From the NCBI GenBank assembly GCA_051294375.1, contig CM119271.1:1805395-1869394 (forward strand): a stretch of 64,000 bases of DNA, in the 5' to 3' direction. A program made the position numbers and the translations under genes. Below the pieces are notes generated by a model that saw only the letters and a program-made list of their open reading frames with translations, was not told the origin of the DNA and did no database searches. Below are positions 1-11,144 of this stretch, one piece after another; the first letter of the stretch is position 1, and each line of letters begins with the position of its first letter. Source of the DNA: Paraspadella gotoi (taxonomy: Eukaryota > Animalia > Chaetognatha).

Positions 1-87
1 TTCCATAAATAAAAAAAAATCAAGGAACAAAAATATTACAACCAAATTAATAACTCCCCTCACCACAACAGCAAACTCATTACTCAC

Positions 88-3000
88 AACTCTTTCCCCA
101 CAGACCTTGACTCTCTTCTCCATCTCGCCCCACTGATTCCCGTCCAACAACATGCCCAGCATTTGCTCAAGGGCTTTCAGGTCCGACCCGCTAAGATTGG
201 GCATATCCTCCAGGAAGTCCAGCATCTCCATAAGCCTGGAAGAAGGGGGAGGAAGAATTATCCTAGTTGGTAAGAACTTGCCTTTTAAAGTGATGTGCAT
301 TTTGTCAAATGATAGGGAACAAACGAACGGTTCTGTCAGTAAGACATAACAAATATTACTGTCTCTTCATTGGTGAGCTTGACTTCCGAACACAACAGCA
401 ACAACACAACACTTTCAGGCGACATGCCTCAACCTGGCGACGTTCTTTCCACCAACAATTCAACCACCAAACCCAAAGGTCCGGGGTTCTAGCCCGGTGG
501 GCGACTTGCAGTTAAGAGGGATGGGGCGCTTAACCCGCCTGTAACATGATGTTAAAGCCTGATCCGAGGCTCAGGGACTGCTTATAATATATAATATATA
601 TAATATAATATATAATATATTGAACGGTTCTGTCACTTACTCATAACAAATATTACTGTCTCGTCAAATCCTAATATTGCAATATGCAAATGAGAATAAA
701 CAACAAAATTTCTCTTTTAACGATAGGACTATTGGCGCAAATATCGAAAAAAAAGACCTACTTGGGGTTGGGGAGCGGACAAAGTTACGAATTGGGGGGG
801 TGAGCGGTCCTCGCATCCCTCACTTCTCTGAGCCTCCGGAAGCCTGGAGCAGGTCGATGCTGGCTCGAGCGAAAGTCTCCAAGTCTTCGTCGCTTAGACC
901 TTTGATCTTCGCCGACGCGGCCTTGCGAAACTTTTGAAGTTTTTCGATGTCGTCTGAAGGTGCGATCGAGGAGCCGTTGGTGAAGTTGGGGGCGTGGGGC
1001 GTTGGTTCATGAGCGTGGTTTGGTGAGGGGTGGATCAGAGTGGTGTGAAGTGAAATGTGTGAAATTACTGAATAATCGATGACGTTAACAAAACAAATCA
1101 TACAAGAAAAACAAACATTTAAATTAATATTTAAAAAAAGTAAACTAGTTGTGGACTAAGAAAACGAAAAAGCATATGTTTTGTTTCGGCAATCGTTTAA
1201 TAAAAAAAAATAGAAAAACAAAATAAATAAACTTAAACAAAAAATCAAAATAGGATAAAAAAATAAAAATAAAACAAAATAAGAAAACCTAGAAACGACA
1301 AATCAACAAAATAACGAAAAAATACAACAAAAAGAAAACTCGATAAAACTTCCAAATCTATTTTGCCTGAAGAGACCGAGAAAAAAAAAAACAGAAAAAC
1401 AAAACGTTATAACATTTAAAAAATCCAAAAGAAACAATTGAAACCTTCCAATTCGCGAATTCTCTCTTCCAAAGTTCGATCGTCTTCTTCGTTTCTTTTC
1501 CTTTTTTCTTTCTCTTTCTCATCTTCTCCTTTCTTTCCCTTTTTTCCTTTTTTTTTGTTGCCAAAACGAAAAAAAATTAAAAGGGAATTCGGTCAAGTTG
1601 ATTGGCTACTTTAATTCTTTGAAAGATAATCGTGTTTCGTCCCAATGTAAAAGTTTCGGTTTAAAGCGAGGCCTCAGGTCAAGCTCTAGTGTCTTCCGAG
1701 CGATACGGAGGTTCCGACAACATATACTTACTTACTTATACACACATTTATGTATATATACAGATTTACTTTCAAACGCGGGATTAAAGTTAGCGATTAC
1801 AGGGTTAGTGATTTGGGTTTATGGAACTTCATTATTGGTTTAGGATTCGGTTAGATTTGGATTAGAGATTAGGATTAAAAAAGATTAAAAAAGATTAGGA
1901 TTAAAAACAGCTATGGAAACAGCCGGGTTGACTGTAATACCCATTGGGATGGGGCTTTGTGGGTTTCCGACCCTCAGTGACGCCTTCAGTCACTGGCGCG
2001 GTACCCTAGGACGGTCTCGCTTTGCCATCGCAGAGCGAAGTCGTTGGATGGAACACTACGCCTTGGATGGTGCGTTCCCCCTCTGAGCCAATGGAATTGG
2101 CTGAACGATGACGGACGTGAGGCGGTATGAATATACCGCCACACAGGTCTAATAATTAAGCAAAAGATTTGAAGTTATTAAAATTAAATTCAAGGAATTA
2201 AAAAAACAAAAATGGGACGATTTCGGAAAATAGTGCCAAACCCCTCCCCCAACTCCTCCTCACCCGATCGCCCCTTCCTCCCATCTTCATCATCTTCCTC
2301 ATCATCGCTCATGGCGTCCTTCGCCGCTTTGGTCCGGGCGGCGGCGTCGGCGGCGCGGGCGGCCGCCGCCTCCGAAACGTCCGAGAGGCGACGTACGTCG
2401 CCGGTCAAGCTTTTGATTTGTGTGTGGGGTTGGGGTAGGATGGAGATAGAAAAGCGATTTGGCGAAAGAGATGAGAGAAGTACGATTGAAAGAGTTTATA
2501 GAAACATTCTCATTGGATTCCATTTCCTTGAGAGAGTCTTAATTAAAAATGAAAGCTTGCCGGGTCCTGCAAGCTTATTTCCGTGTAAGAGGGATGGATA
2601 ACTTTATCTCGAATGTATCACAGAAATTTTTTCCCAATTCAAAATATTTATCTAATATCTACTCTATTTTATCTCTCTAAATCATAATCTAGTTTACTAT
2701 CTCTCCATTCATAGTTCTAACTTTTTATCGAGCTGTCCATCAATCTAGATGTACTGAAAGAGATATCTTTTCGTCTTTCATTTTACCTTTCCAATTACCT
2801 TTTAATCCATTCTAAATTACTACATATTTTAAAAAAGATTAATAATTATCTATTTATCTATCCACCCACCCTTCGAAAAACAAGTTTCCCCCCCCCTGGC
2901 CACCAACCCGTCGATAGAGGAGCTGATTCCGTCCACCTGCGACAACTTGGCGATGATCTGCTTGACCGTCTCCATGAGACGAGTGACGCCGTCGCGATTG

Positions 3001-4419
3001 GCGTCCGTCGCCATGGAGATTTGCTGCAGACTCCAAAACTCCGTCAGCGCTAGATGCGAGGGGGAAGAAGAAGATGGCCCGAGTTTTAAAACACGTCCTG
3101 CTTTCTTTCGATGAGATTTTTAATTTGTTTTGTTTTGTATTTCTCGCAATTTAGTTTATTTATTTTTCGTTTCTTTGTTTCTTTTTTTTTTTCTCTTCTT
3201 CCTTCTTTCATACATCGACCCTTCCTTCTTTCCTTCCGCTTCTATTATCTTTCCTTATTTTTCGTTTAAATTCTCCATCTTCCTTTCCTTCCTCCCTTTC
3301 CTTTAATCAAACCTTACCCATATGAAAATCGCTATTCTACATCGATTTTTAATGACAAAAACGAAAACAAAACTTGAAAAAAAAACTTACCTTCCGGTTC
3401 ACGCGGCAACATCGTAGGTCTCGCCACGATCCCTCCTTCATTAATTAATTAATTATCAGATGGTTAATTAATAGTAAATGATTAATCGAGGATGAAGCTA
3501 ACGATAACGTTGTCAGTTTTGAAAAAAAAATAAATTAATTATTATATGAAGATGATGGTGATAAATTGGGATGAAAACGACGACGACGAAACGACAACAA
3601 TTGACCCCAAATGTCCCTCACCAGTAACGGGTATCATTCCCCTCTCGATCCCCGTCTTCTTCAACAGCCCCTGCAACAGACTGCGCAGCATGTTCATGTT
3701 AAGGACGAACTTGACCGAAGATCGGGAAGACCCGCCCAACGCCGCGTCGAGAATGTCTGTGGGCGAGGGGGTTGAAGAAGGCGGGGGTGAGGTCGAGCGC
3801 GTGGGTAAGTTACGAGTGGAAAGGCGGATGGGTCGGTAAATTAGAACATTAAAGGAGCAATAAAATAGCTTTTCTTGCTAAATTAATTACCTCGCCGAAC
3901 TACGCGATTGAGTCCGAAACACAAATGATTTATCATGGGCAACCGAAATAATAATAAATCAATATTGATATACTTTCCTAATAGTAAAACGGCAGAACGT
4001 TTGTTCAAACTTACTCTCGGGGTTCAGAAGACGGATTCTCCACGACATATGCCCTTCCCAAAACGTACCATCGAGAATCGCCAACTCCTAAGCGAGGGTA
4101 AGTTAGGCCTCTGACTTACCCAGAGGGCTCATTTCTCTGACGGCGCCGACTTTCGGATCCGCGTTGACGTTTACGAGATCGTTGACGGTCAGATCGAAAC
4201 TGATTCTTTGACCGTAACTCGCAATTTCGAAGGTGGAATCGACTTTCGGGCCGGTGATATCCGCATTCCGGGCCCCGGTATCCGCATTCCGGGCCTCGGT
4301 CTCTTCGTTCTGCTTCTCGTCGTCTTCATAATCGTTGAAATCGTAACCGTCAAAGTTTGGGGGGGCGTTGAAGTTTGGAGGGGCGTTGAAGTTGGAATCA
4401 TTGCTACCGCGAATCGTTG
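88..4419 (-). CDS. Multi-exon gene, probable MATH (TRAF-C-like) domain followed by coiled-coil/helical region; partial
   Basis: GT-AG-bounded, GC-richer exons at about 4419-4120, 4087-4015, 3978-3891, 3767-3632, 3050-2910, 2408-2265, 1030-822 and 235-88. The joined translation ISFDLTVNDL..REMSPLG/VGDSRWYVLGRAY..KYINIDLLLF..DILDAALGG..SVKFVLNM follows the MATH beta-strand pattern. Later exon boundaries are approximate. Confidence 0.55.
1912..2147. repeat. Dispersed ~230-bp repeat (second copy inverted at ~25759-25970)
   Basis: cccattgggatgggg..ccctcagtg..cagtcactggc..accctaggac..gtctcg..aatataccgccaca matches the reverse complement of 25759-25970. Confidence 0.75.
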
Positions 4420-5215
4420 CTGAGAAGAAAAAAAAGTCGCGGGCGAATGTAATGATTATTGCAAAATTGCTTTTTTCACTAATTTAAGTGTGAGATTTAA
4501 AAAAAAATTCATTACAAATATTTATTACAAATTATTTTATTAATTTTATATTTATATATTTTTTATTATTAATTTTTATCAACTGTGTTCCAATTGAAAA
4601 AGCTGTGTGATAATTATAAACAATATTAAACGCTAAACTCTCACTGCAGTATAAAAACTGTTTTAGCTAATTTTTTTTTCACTGGTTGACGAAAAAAGAC
4701 ATTTTCTAGAAATTCTGTCTTCTAACCAAAAGACTTTTAAATTATTAAACTACAGGCGGTTATTTTTGATAATTAGCATTTATCATAGATAACAATGTAA
4801 TTTCCATTATCAAAAAAATTACAAAAGATAATAATAATTCATTTTATTGTTCACTTTGTAAACAAAGATGTTCACACAATTATCATCTTACAACCCTCAC
4901 ACCAATAACCTACATCTAATCAAATATGTATTTTCACGAATCATAGAAAATAGTCTTGTCACAACAATTTTCAATAACAATTAAACAGTAGCATGAAATA
5001 ATGACTATTAATCGTGGGTTTTAAATTCCGCCGCTCCAACATGAGAATGGGAAAAAAAAAGTAAATATTTGAGACAAAGTTGTTGCAAAGTTCGATATCT
5101 ACAAAATCTTTAAGTATAACCGGGATTTTCATTATTACTGTCCGATAAAAAAAACGACGTATCTCGTGTTATGAGTATGGTACATTATACTACATTATAA
5201 AATCCAACTTGCAAC

Positions 5216-5475
5216 TCATGCTTTCTCCTCTATAAAAACAGTCGATCCGTCCAAGATTTTCATGTTAGGCCTCACAAACTCCGATCGATCATCCTCCAAT
5301 ACCAATTTTATCGCGAATCCTTCGTCCGGGATCTCCTTCCGAATCGCCGACGATAAACGATCGAAATCGATGTGAGTCGAAGGACAAAAGATTCTCTTGT
5401 TTTTGTCTTTGAAATGAGGAACGTCCATCTTTTCCACTTTGGAACTTTTCTTAGAAATACGCGATTGAATTCCTG
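5216..5475 (-). CDS. Possible terminal exon encoding a ubiquitin-fold (DWNN-like) domain
   Basis: GC-richer open frame MDVPHFKDKNKRIFCPSTHIDFDRLSSAIRKEIPDEGFAIKLVLEDDRSEFVRPNMKILDGSTVFIEEKA*. The spacing HI....L...I...L...E...N..I...S.V resembles the RBBP6 DWNN domain. By-eye similarity only. Confidence 0.35.
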
Positions 5476-5524
5476 CAACTCATCGACAGCGTTGCCAGCA
5501 TTGTCGCTCACGGTTCTTTTTATA

Positions 5525-8285
5525 GGAGGAAAAAGAAAAATGGAAATATACCATCTCTGGAATGATAAAAACCTGAAAGGTTGCTGTCAGGACAAGAGCT
5601 TAGGCTAAGTCGAAAAATTTGTCCAAACTCAGTTTTTTTTTAATTGCAGTTGAAGTTGGTAAGTTAATTTTGAGAAAATTTGATAACTTTTGTACTAATT
5701 TTGCAAAATATAGACTCAATTCAAACATCTATATGTCAAACAATATCAGTAAACCAAAGCTTTAATTTAAGACCACTCCCAACTTTCTCCGACTTTTGGT
5801 TAAAAAGTTATTAATCAAAATATATTATTTTTTTCTTTAAAAAAGTAATGGAATGGTGAGTATTATTGAGAATATAATAAGACTTTAATCTAAAAAATTG
5901 AGGATACCAACGAGTTCTATAGACAGTCTTCTTTCAATTAATTCATAAATAAAATTTTTCTTCAAGCTTAAATATAGGTACAATCATCCCCCAAAAATTT
6001 AAAAAAATATAAATTAATTTTTAAATAATTTACTATAATAATTTTATATAATTTTTCTTAATATATATGGACTAGAAACTATAGGATGTGACCTTCATTT
6101 TGAGGCCTATTGCCAACTCTTTACGATAAATATTTATTGAGATACTACCAAAAAAGCCCCAAAAATCTTTTAAAAACGTAATTTTTAATTTATTTAAGTC
6201 ATATCTCGGTGAATATATAACTTATTTTAAGTCAAATGATTTTATTCAGCAGATTAAAATGTAAGGCACATATTAAATACCATTAGTAGTATTATTTTAT
6301 CATAATTTAATCAGGACACTTAATTTTCAGACAATTTTACCAAATTTACATATACTTTTGGTTTTACAGCAACAAAGTACTAAACAAGGTAAATAAAAAT
6401 TGATGATAAATCTGTAAGCCAAAAGACCTTAGAATGTATTATATAGGTTTTAAAAAATTTTAGTGATAAAACTTCATCATGGTCATTATTTATGGCTAGC
6501 ATAAAGAACAAAGGTTCTATAATAACTGCTATAAGTTAAATTACATATGAATTGAAGAAAAAAACTTATTACTGGGTGCATTAATTCAGACATGTCACTT
6601 TAAACTGATAGTCCAGCGACCCCAGGTTTATGGCTAATCACCAATCCAGGGCTTGTCAAGTGGGTATGCATAAGCGTTAAGTGTACATGGGCTACGCGAT
6701 CCAAGCTCGGACTCTAATGAAAGCTGTCATCTATCAGTTCGTTTAAAAATTTTTTCTAAATGATTTAATGATATAAGGACAATAAAAAAATTAAAAAATT
6801 ATATATATAATTAAAGATTGAAGAAAATAATGTTATTACAGTTAGTTTTTATGATTATTTAGTGCTTGTAGTAGTAGTCGTGGTAGTAGGGGTCTCAGTG
6901 GTTGAGGTTTTTTTGTGTTTGGTGTGGGAATAATTTTTTTTGGTCATTATAATTGTTGTGGTCAATATTGTTATCATGGTTGTTATTATAATTATAATAT
7001 AGTGTGTAAATAGATATCATATAGTAGTCATAGTAGGTGGTTGTAGCTATTATATCTGTTAATAGTACTGAGAATTATGGTATGAATGTTATGATTGTTT
7101 AGAGTGTAGGAAATATATTTATATATATAAAATTTTAAAAAAATTTACTTACTCTTTTAAGTAACTAAAACTTTTAATAATTAGTGGTTTAAGAATATGG
7201 CTATCTTTTTATAATATAGAATCATGATAAATAATAAAAAAACTAACTGTAATAACATTATTTTTCTTCAATCTTTAATTTATATATATAATTTTTTTTA
7301 TTTTTTTATTGTCATTATATCATTAAATCTTTATGAGAAAATTTTTAAACCTATATAATACATTCTAAGTGTCTTTGGCTTACAGATTTTATCATCAATT
7401 TTTATTTACCTGTTTTAGTACTTTGTTGTGCTGTAAAAAACAAAAGTATATGTAAATTTGGTAAAAATTGGCTGAAAATTAAGTGTCCTGATTAACTTAT
7501 GATAAAATAATACAACTAATGTTATTTAATATGTGCCTTACACTTTAATCTGCTGAAATAATAAAATCATTTGACTTAAAATAAGTTATATATGCACTGA
7601 GATATGACTTAAATAAATTAAAAATTACATTTTTTAAAGATTTTTAGGGCTTTTTTTGGTAGTACCTCAATAAATATTTATCGTAAAGAGTTGGCAATAG
7701 GCTCAAAATGAAGGTCACATCCTATAGTTTCTAGTCCATATATATTAAGTTAAATATATATAAAATCATTATGGTAAATTATTTAAAAATTTAATTTATA
7801 TTTTTTTAATTTTTTGGGGGATGATTACCTATATTTAAGCTTGAAGAAAAATTTTATTTATGAATTAATTGAAAGAAGACTGTCTATAGTACTTGTTGGT
7901 ATCCTCAATTTTTTAGATTAAAATCTTATTATATTCTCAATAATACTCACCATTCCATTACTTTTTTAAAGAAAAAAATAATATATTTTGATTAATAACT
8001 TTTTAACCAAAAGTAGTCAGGAAAGTAGTGGGAGTGGTCTTAAATTAAAGCTTCTCGGTTTACTGATATTCTTGACATATAGATGTTTAAATTGAGTCTA
8101 TATTTTGCAAAATTAGTACAAAAGTTATCAAATTTTCTCAAAATTAACTTACCAACTTCAACTGCAATTTAAAAAAAACTGAGTTTGGACAAATTTTTCG
8201 ACTTAGCCTAAGCTCTTGTCCAGACAGCAACCTTTCAGGTTTTTATCATTCCAGAGATGGTATATTTCCATTTTCTTTTTCCTCC
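5525..8285. mobile_element. Non-autonomous foldback/TIR DNA element with ~1.06-kb inverted arms and TA target duplication
   Basis: ggaggaaaaagaaaaatggaaatataccatctctgg from 5525 is mirrored by ccagagatggtatatttccattttctttttcctcc ending at 8285. TA flanks both ends (5523-24, 8286-87). Arms are 5525-~6855 (with a ~285-bp insert) and ~7225-8285. No transposase ORF. Confidence 0.9.
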
Positions 8286-10448
8286 TATGACACAATGAAA
8301 AATGGCTACGCGTTACTGTTCCGTGCATAAAAAAAAAATTCACTGTTCATAATCATTATATTTCTTTTTTATTTTTTGAAACGTTATAGTTTCATATGCT
8401 GATATCCAAAATATCAATGCAAAATCTTTTTTTTTTTTTTTGATATGACTGAATATAGGGTGAAAGATGATAAATTTTTTTAAAAAGTTACTTATTCATA
8501 TTTATTCATAGAATTGTAATAAAAAAATATAAAAAAAAATAATAGTACTAATAGTTAGTGTTATGTCTCAAATAGATGGAAAAAAAACCTCATTTAAAAA
8601 TTCGATCGGGAAGTGGGGTAACTAAGGCTTACCAATGGCATCCTCCACGCCGATTGTTCTCTCAAATAATTTTTTTATTTAATACATTTGAAAGGGAAAA
8701 AAAGAAAATTTGGAATGCAGGTTGCAGAAATGGTACAGATAATCTGGACTTATTGACATGATAACCATGACTTTTAATATCTTGTGAAATGGGGGCAATA
8801 AAGAAATCTAAAAAATTTCATCATTAAGTCAGTCAATGAACCCTTTCCAATGGGCTATTACGAGAAATATTTTTTCTTAATTAAAATGGATGATAAATAA
8901 TAAAATTAAATTCCTTGCTATATTTAAAAAAAAATTATCAATACAAATTAACACAATGATGTTTTGCTTTGTCAAATATGTTACCAGCTATATAATTTTT
9001 TACAACTTTAATATGATAAACAAGCAGTGTGTCAAGCTTTTAGTTTGCAGTTAAAGATAATGAAAAATGATGATTTTTTTTTCACAGACAAGAAGGTAGA
9101 TGTCCAGACTGTTTATATCAAGCTGAAAACATTTTTGTTATTTATCATTTTTAATATTTAAAAATATATTTTATCAAGCTACAACATAAATTTTTGCTTG
9201 TTTTTTACTTTAACTGAAAAATATAAGCAATTTTATTGGAATAAAAAAAATTTAATAATAAACAAAATTTAATTCAGTCTTTCCTTTTTCAAATTACAAA
9301 AGAAAAAGAAAAAATTTCATATGTCTTCATTGAAATTTTTAAAGCAAAAAACTGTATATACTTTTAACTCTGATTTAAACAAAAGCTGTGTAAAGATTTA
9401 TGGATTTAATTTAATAAAACTCTTTTTAGAAAGGTGTCCCATGATTAGGGCTTTAATTTGATACCACATCCACCTTGCTACCTCTTTTTCTTTCAAAAGT
9501 TATTTAAAAAAATAATGTTTTTTAAATTACGCCAGTACAAATCTTTGTTAAATAAAAATTTCGGCAAAGCGGGAGTATCTCACTTATTTCTGTTGGTACA
9601 ATACTTAAATTTCAAAATAAAACTTGAAGAAAATTTTTTTTGTCATTTAGAGACATATCACTTTCAGATGTACCCATCGTATAATAATTTATTTATTTAT
9701 TTTCCCCAAAAAAGCCTAATTAGAAAAGTTGAAATTTTTTCAAATTGTTGTGGAAAAAAATTTCATCCGACCTATGCCTCATTGAGAATTAATGGTTTTG
9801 CATAGAAAATTAAAAATATCAAAAAAATAAAAAATCAGCCTCTAAAAAAATCGAAAGGCTAGAGGCTGATTTTTTTAGAATTGCAAAATTTTTTTCCTGA
9901 CTCATAATCCATTATTCTCAAATTTCAAAATATTTTTTTCCAAAATCATTCAATCAATTTTTTTTATTAATTTAAAATGTTTTTATGATGTTTGTTTTTG
10001 TTTGAAAGAATTGAAAAAAAGTGAAAAATATAGTAATTATATAATGGTTTTGAAAATACCTTTAAAATTATTAAATAATTAGACACAAGGGGAGTAAGCA
10101 GAGAAAACTTCCATTCATAAAGAAAATTAAAATGAATTTGTCATATTGTTATTTAGATTAATTGACATATATACAAACAAATGATTCATATAAATTGAGG
10201 AAATGATGGGTAAAAAATTATTTCATCTCGGTCTCGGTTAACTATTAGGTTATCTGTATAAAGTTTTGTTTTTATAAATATTAATATTTTTTTTGCATTT
10301 ATAAAAGCAATGGTCTAAAATTTTGTAAGCATTTAGAGCTTATATATTACTTTCATCTTTTTACTTTTTTGATCTAGTTAGCTTTTTTGTTGGATGGTCA
10401 AGGGTATGGTCAGATACAGACATGTCCAGTAATGATATATCGCACATA

Positions 10449-11144
10449 TTACCAAAAGTAGTGATTCAAATTAATTTGCTCAGAACGATTTAAAGGGACA
10501 AAATCAGCACGAGACCGTTTCGCCACGTTATTTTTCATTGTGTCTATAAAAAAGAACCGTTGCGCTTCCAAAGGCCAATCGCGTCCCATCTCGATCCAAC
10601 TCTTGGCGAAAACGTTTTCCGTTCCTCGCGAGTGAATCGAATCGTAAGAAAAAGATGCAAAACCCAAATCCGGGAATTTCTCGTGAAAATAACCAAATAT
10701 CGTCTTTTGCGGTGGATTGGGATCTCCGAAAACTTTGGCCATCGAATCGGATCCCTCGTTGCCGTGACTGAGAATGTTTCTGACGAAACGAGTCAAAAAC
10801 ATGACGCTGTTGATCTTGTACTGACCTTTTTTCCCGAAATCGTGGATCAGACTCGAGTCGATGAGATTAGTCCAATTGCATTCGTCCGAAAAAATGAATT
10901 TCGCGTTTTTCTCAAAAATGAAAAACGAATCTGCGATAGAGTCAGACTTACTTTTGCCTTCTTTTTTCGCGCTGAATGAGTTTACGAATTTTTCGTTGAC
11001 CCCGCGTAACAATTCGATCATTAGATAGGGGCTCATGAAGACTGGCGCTTCCAGAAGTACCTCGCATGATGGTCTCTTTTGCCATTCGGGATGAGTTGCT
11101 ACCTCGATAAGGTTATTGATTAAAAAGTTTTTGAGAGAGAGATT
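10449..11144 (-). CDS. Kinase C-terminal motif plus KEN ribonuclease domain (C-terminal part of the LRR receptor)
   Basis: Uninterrupted frame LIEVATHPEWQKRPSCEVLLEAPVFMS..IELLRGVNEK..NWTNLID..YKINSVMFLTRFVRNILSH..YFHEKFPDL. Compare IRE1 YKGGSVRDLLRAMRNKKHH..YFTSRFPHL and RNase L YQNTVGDLLKFIRNLGEH..YFQKTFPDL. Confidence 0.88.
   Translation of the reverse strand, partial: NLSLKNFLINNLIEVATHPEWQKRPSCEVLLEAPVFMSPYLMIELLRGVNEKFVNSFSAKKEGKSKSDSIADSFFIFEKNAKFIFSDECNWTNLIDSSLIHDFGKKGQYKINSVMFLTRFVRNILSHGNEGSDSMAKVFGDPNPPQKTIFGYFHEKFPDLGFASFSYDSIHSRGTENVFAKSWIEMGRDWPLEAQRFFFIDTMKNNVAKRSRADFVPLNRSEQINLNHYFW

Noticed and set aside
10449-11144. Calling the gene canonical IRE1 or RNase L
   Set aside because: There is no IRE1 luminal domain, no ankyrin repeats and no intact kinase motifs. 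The upstream region is LRR.
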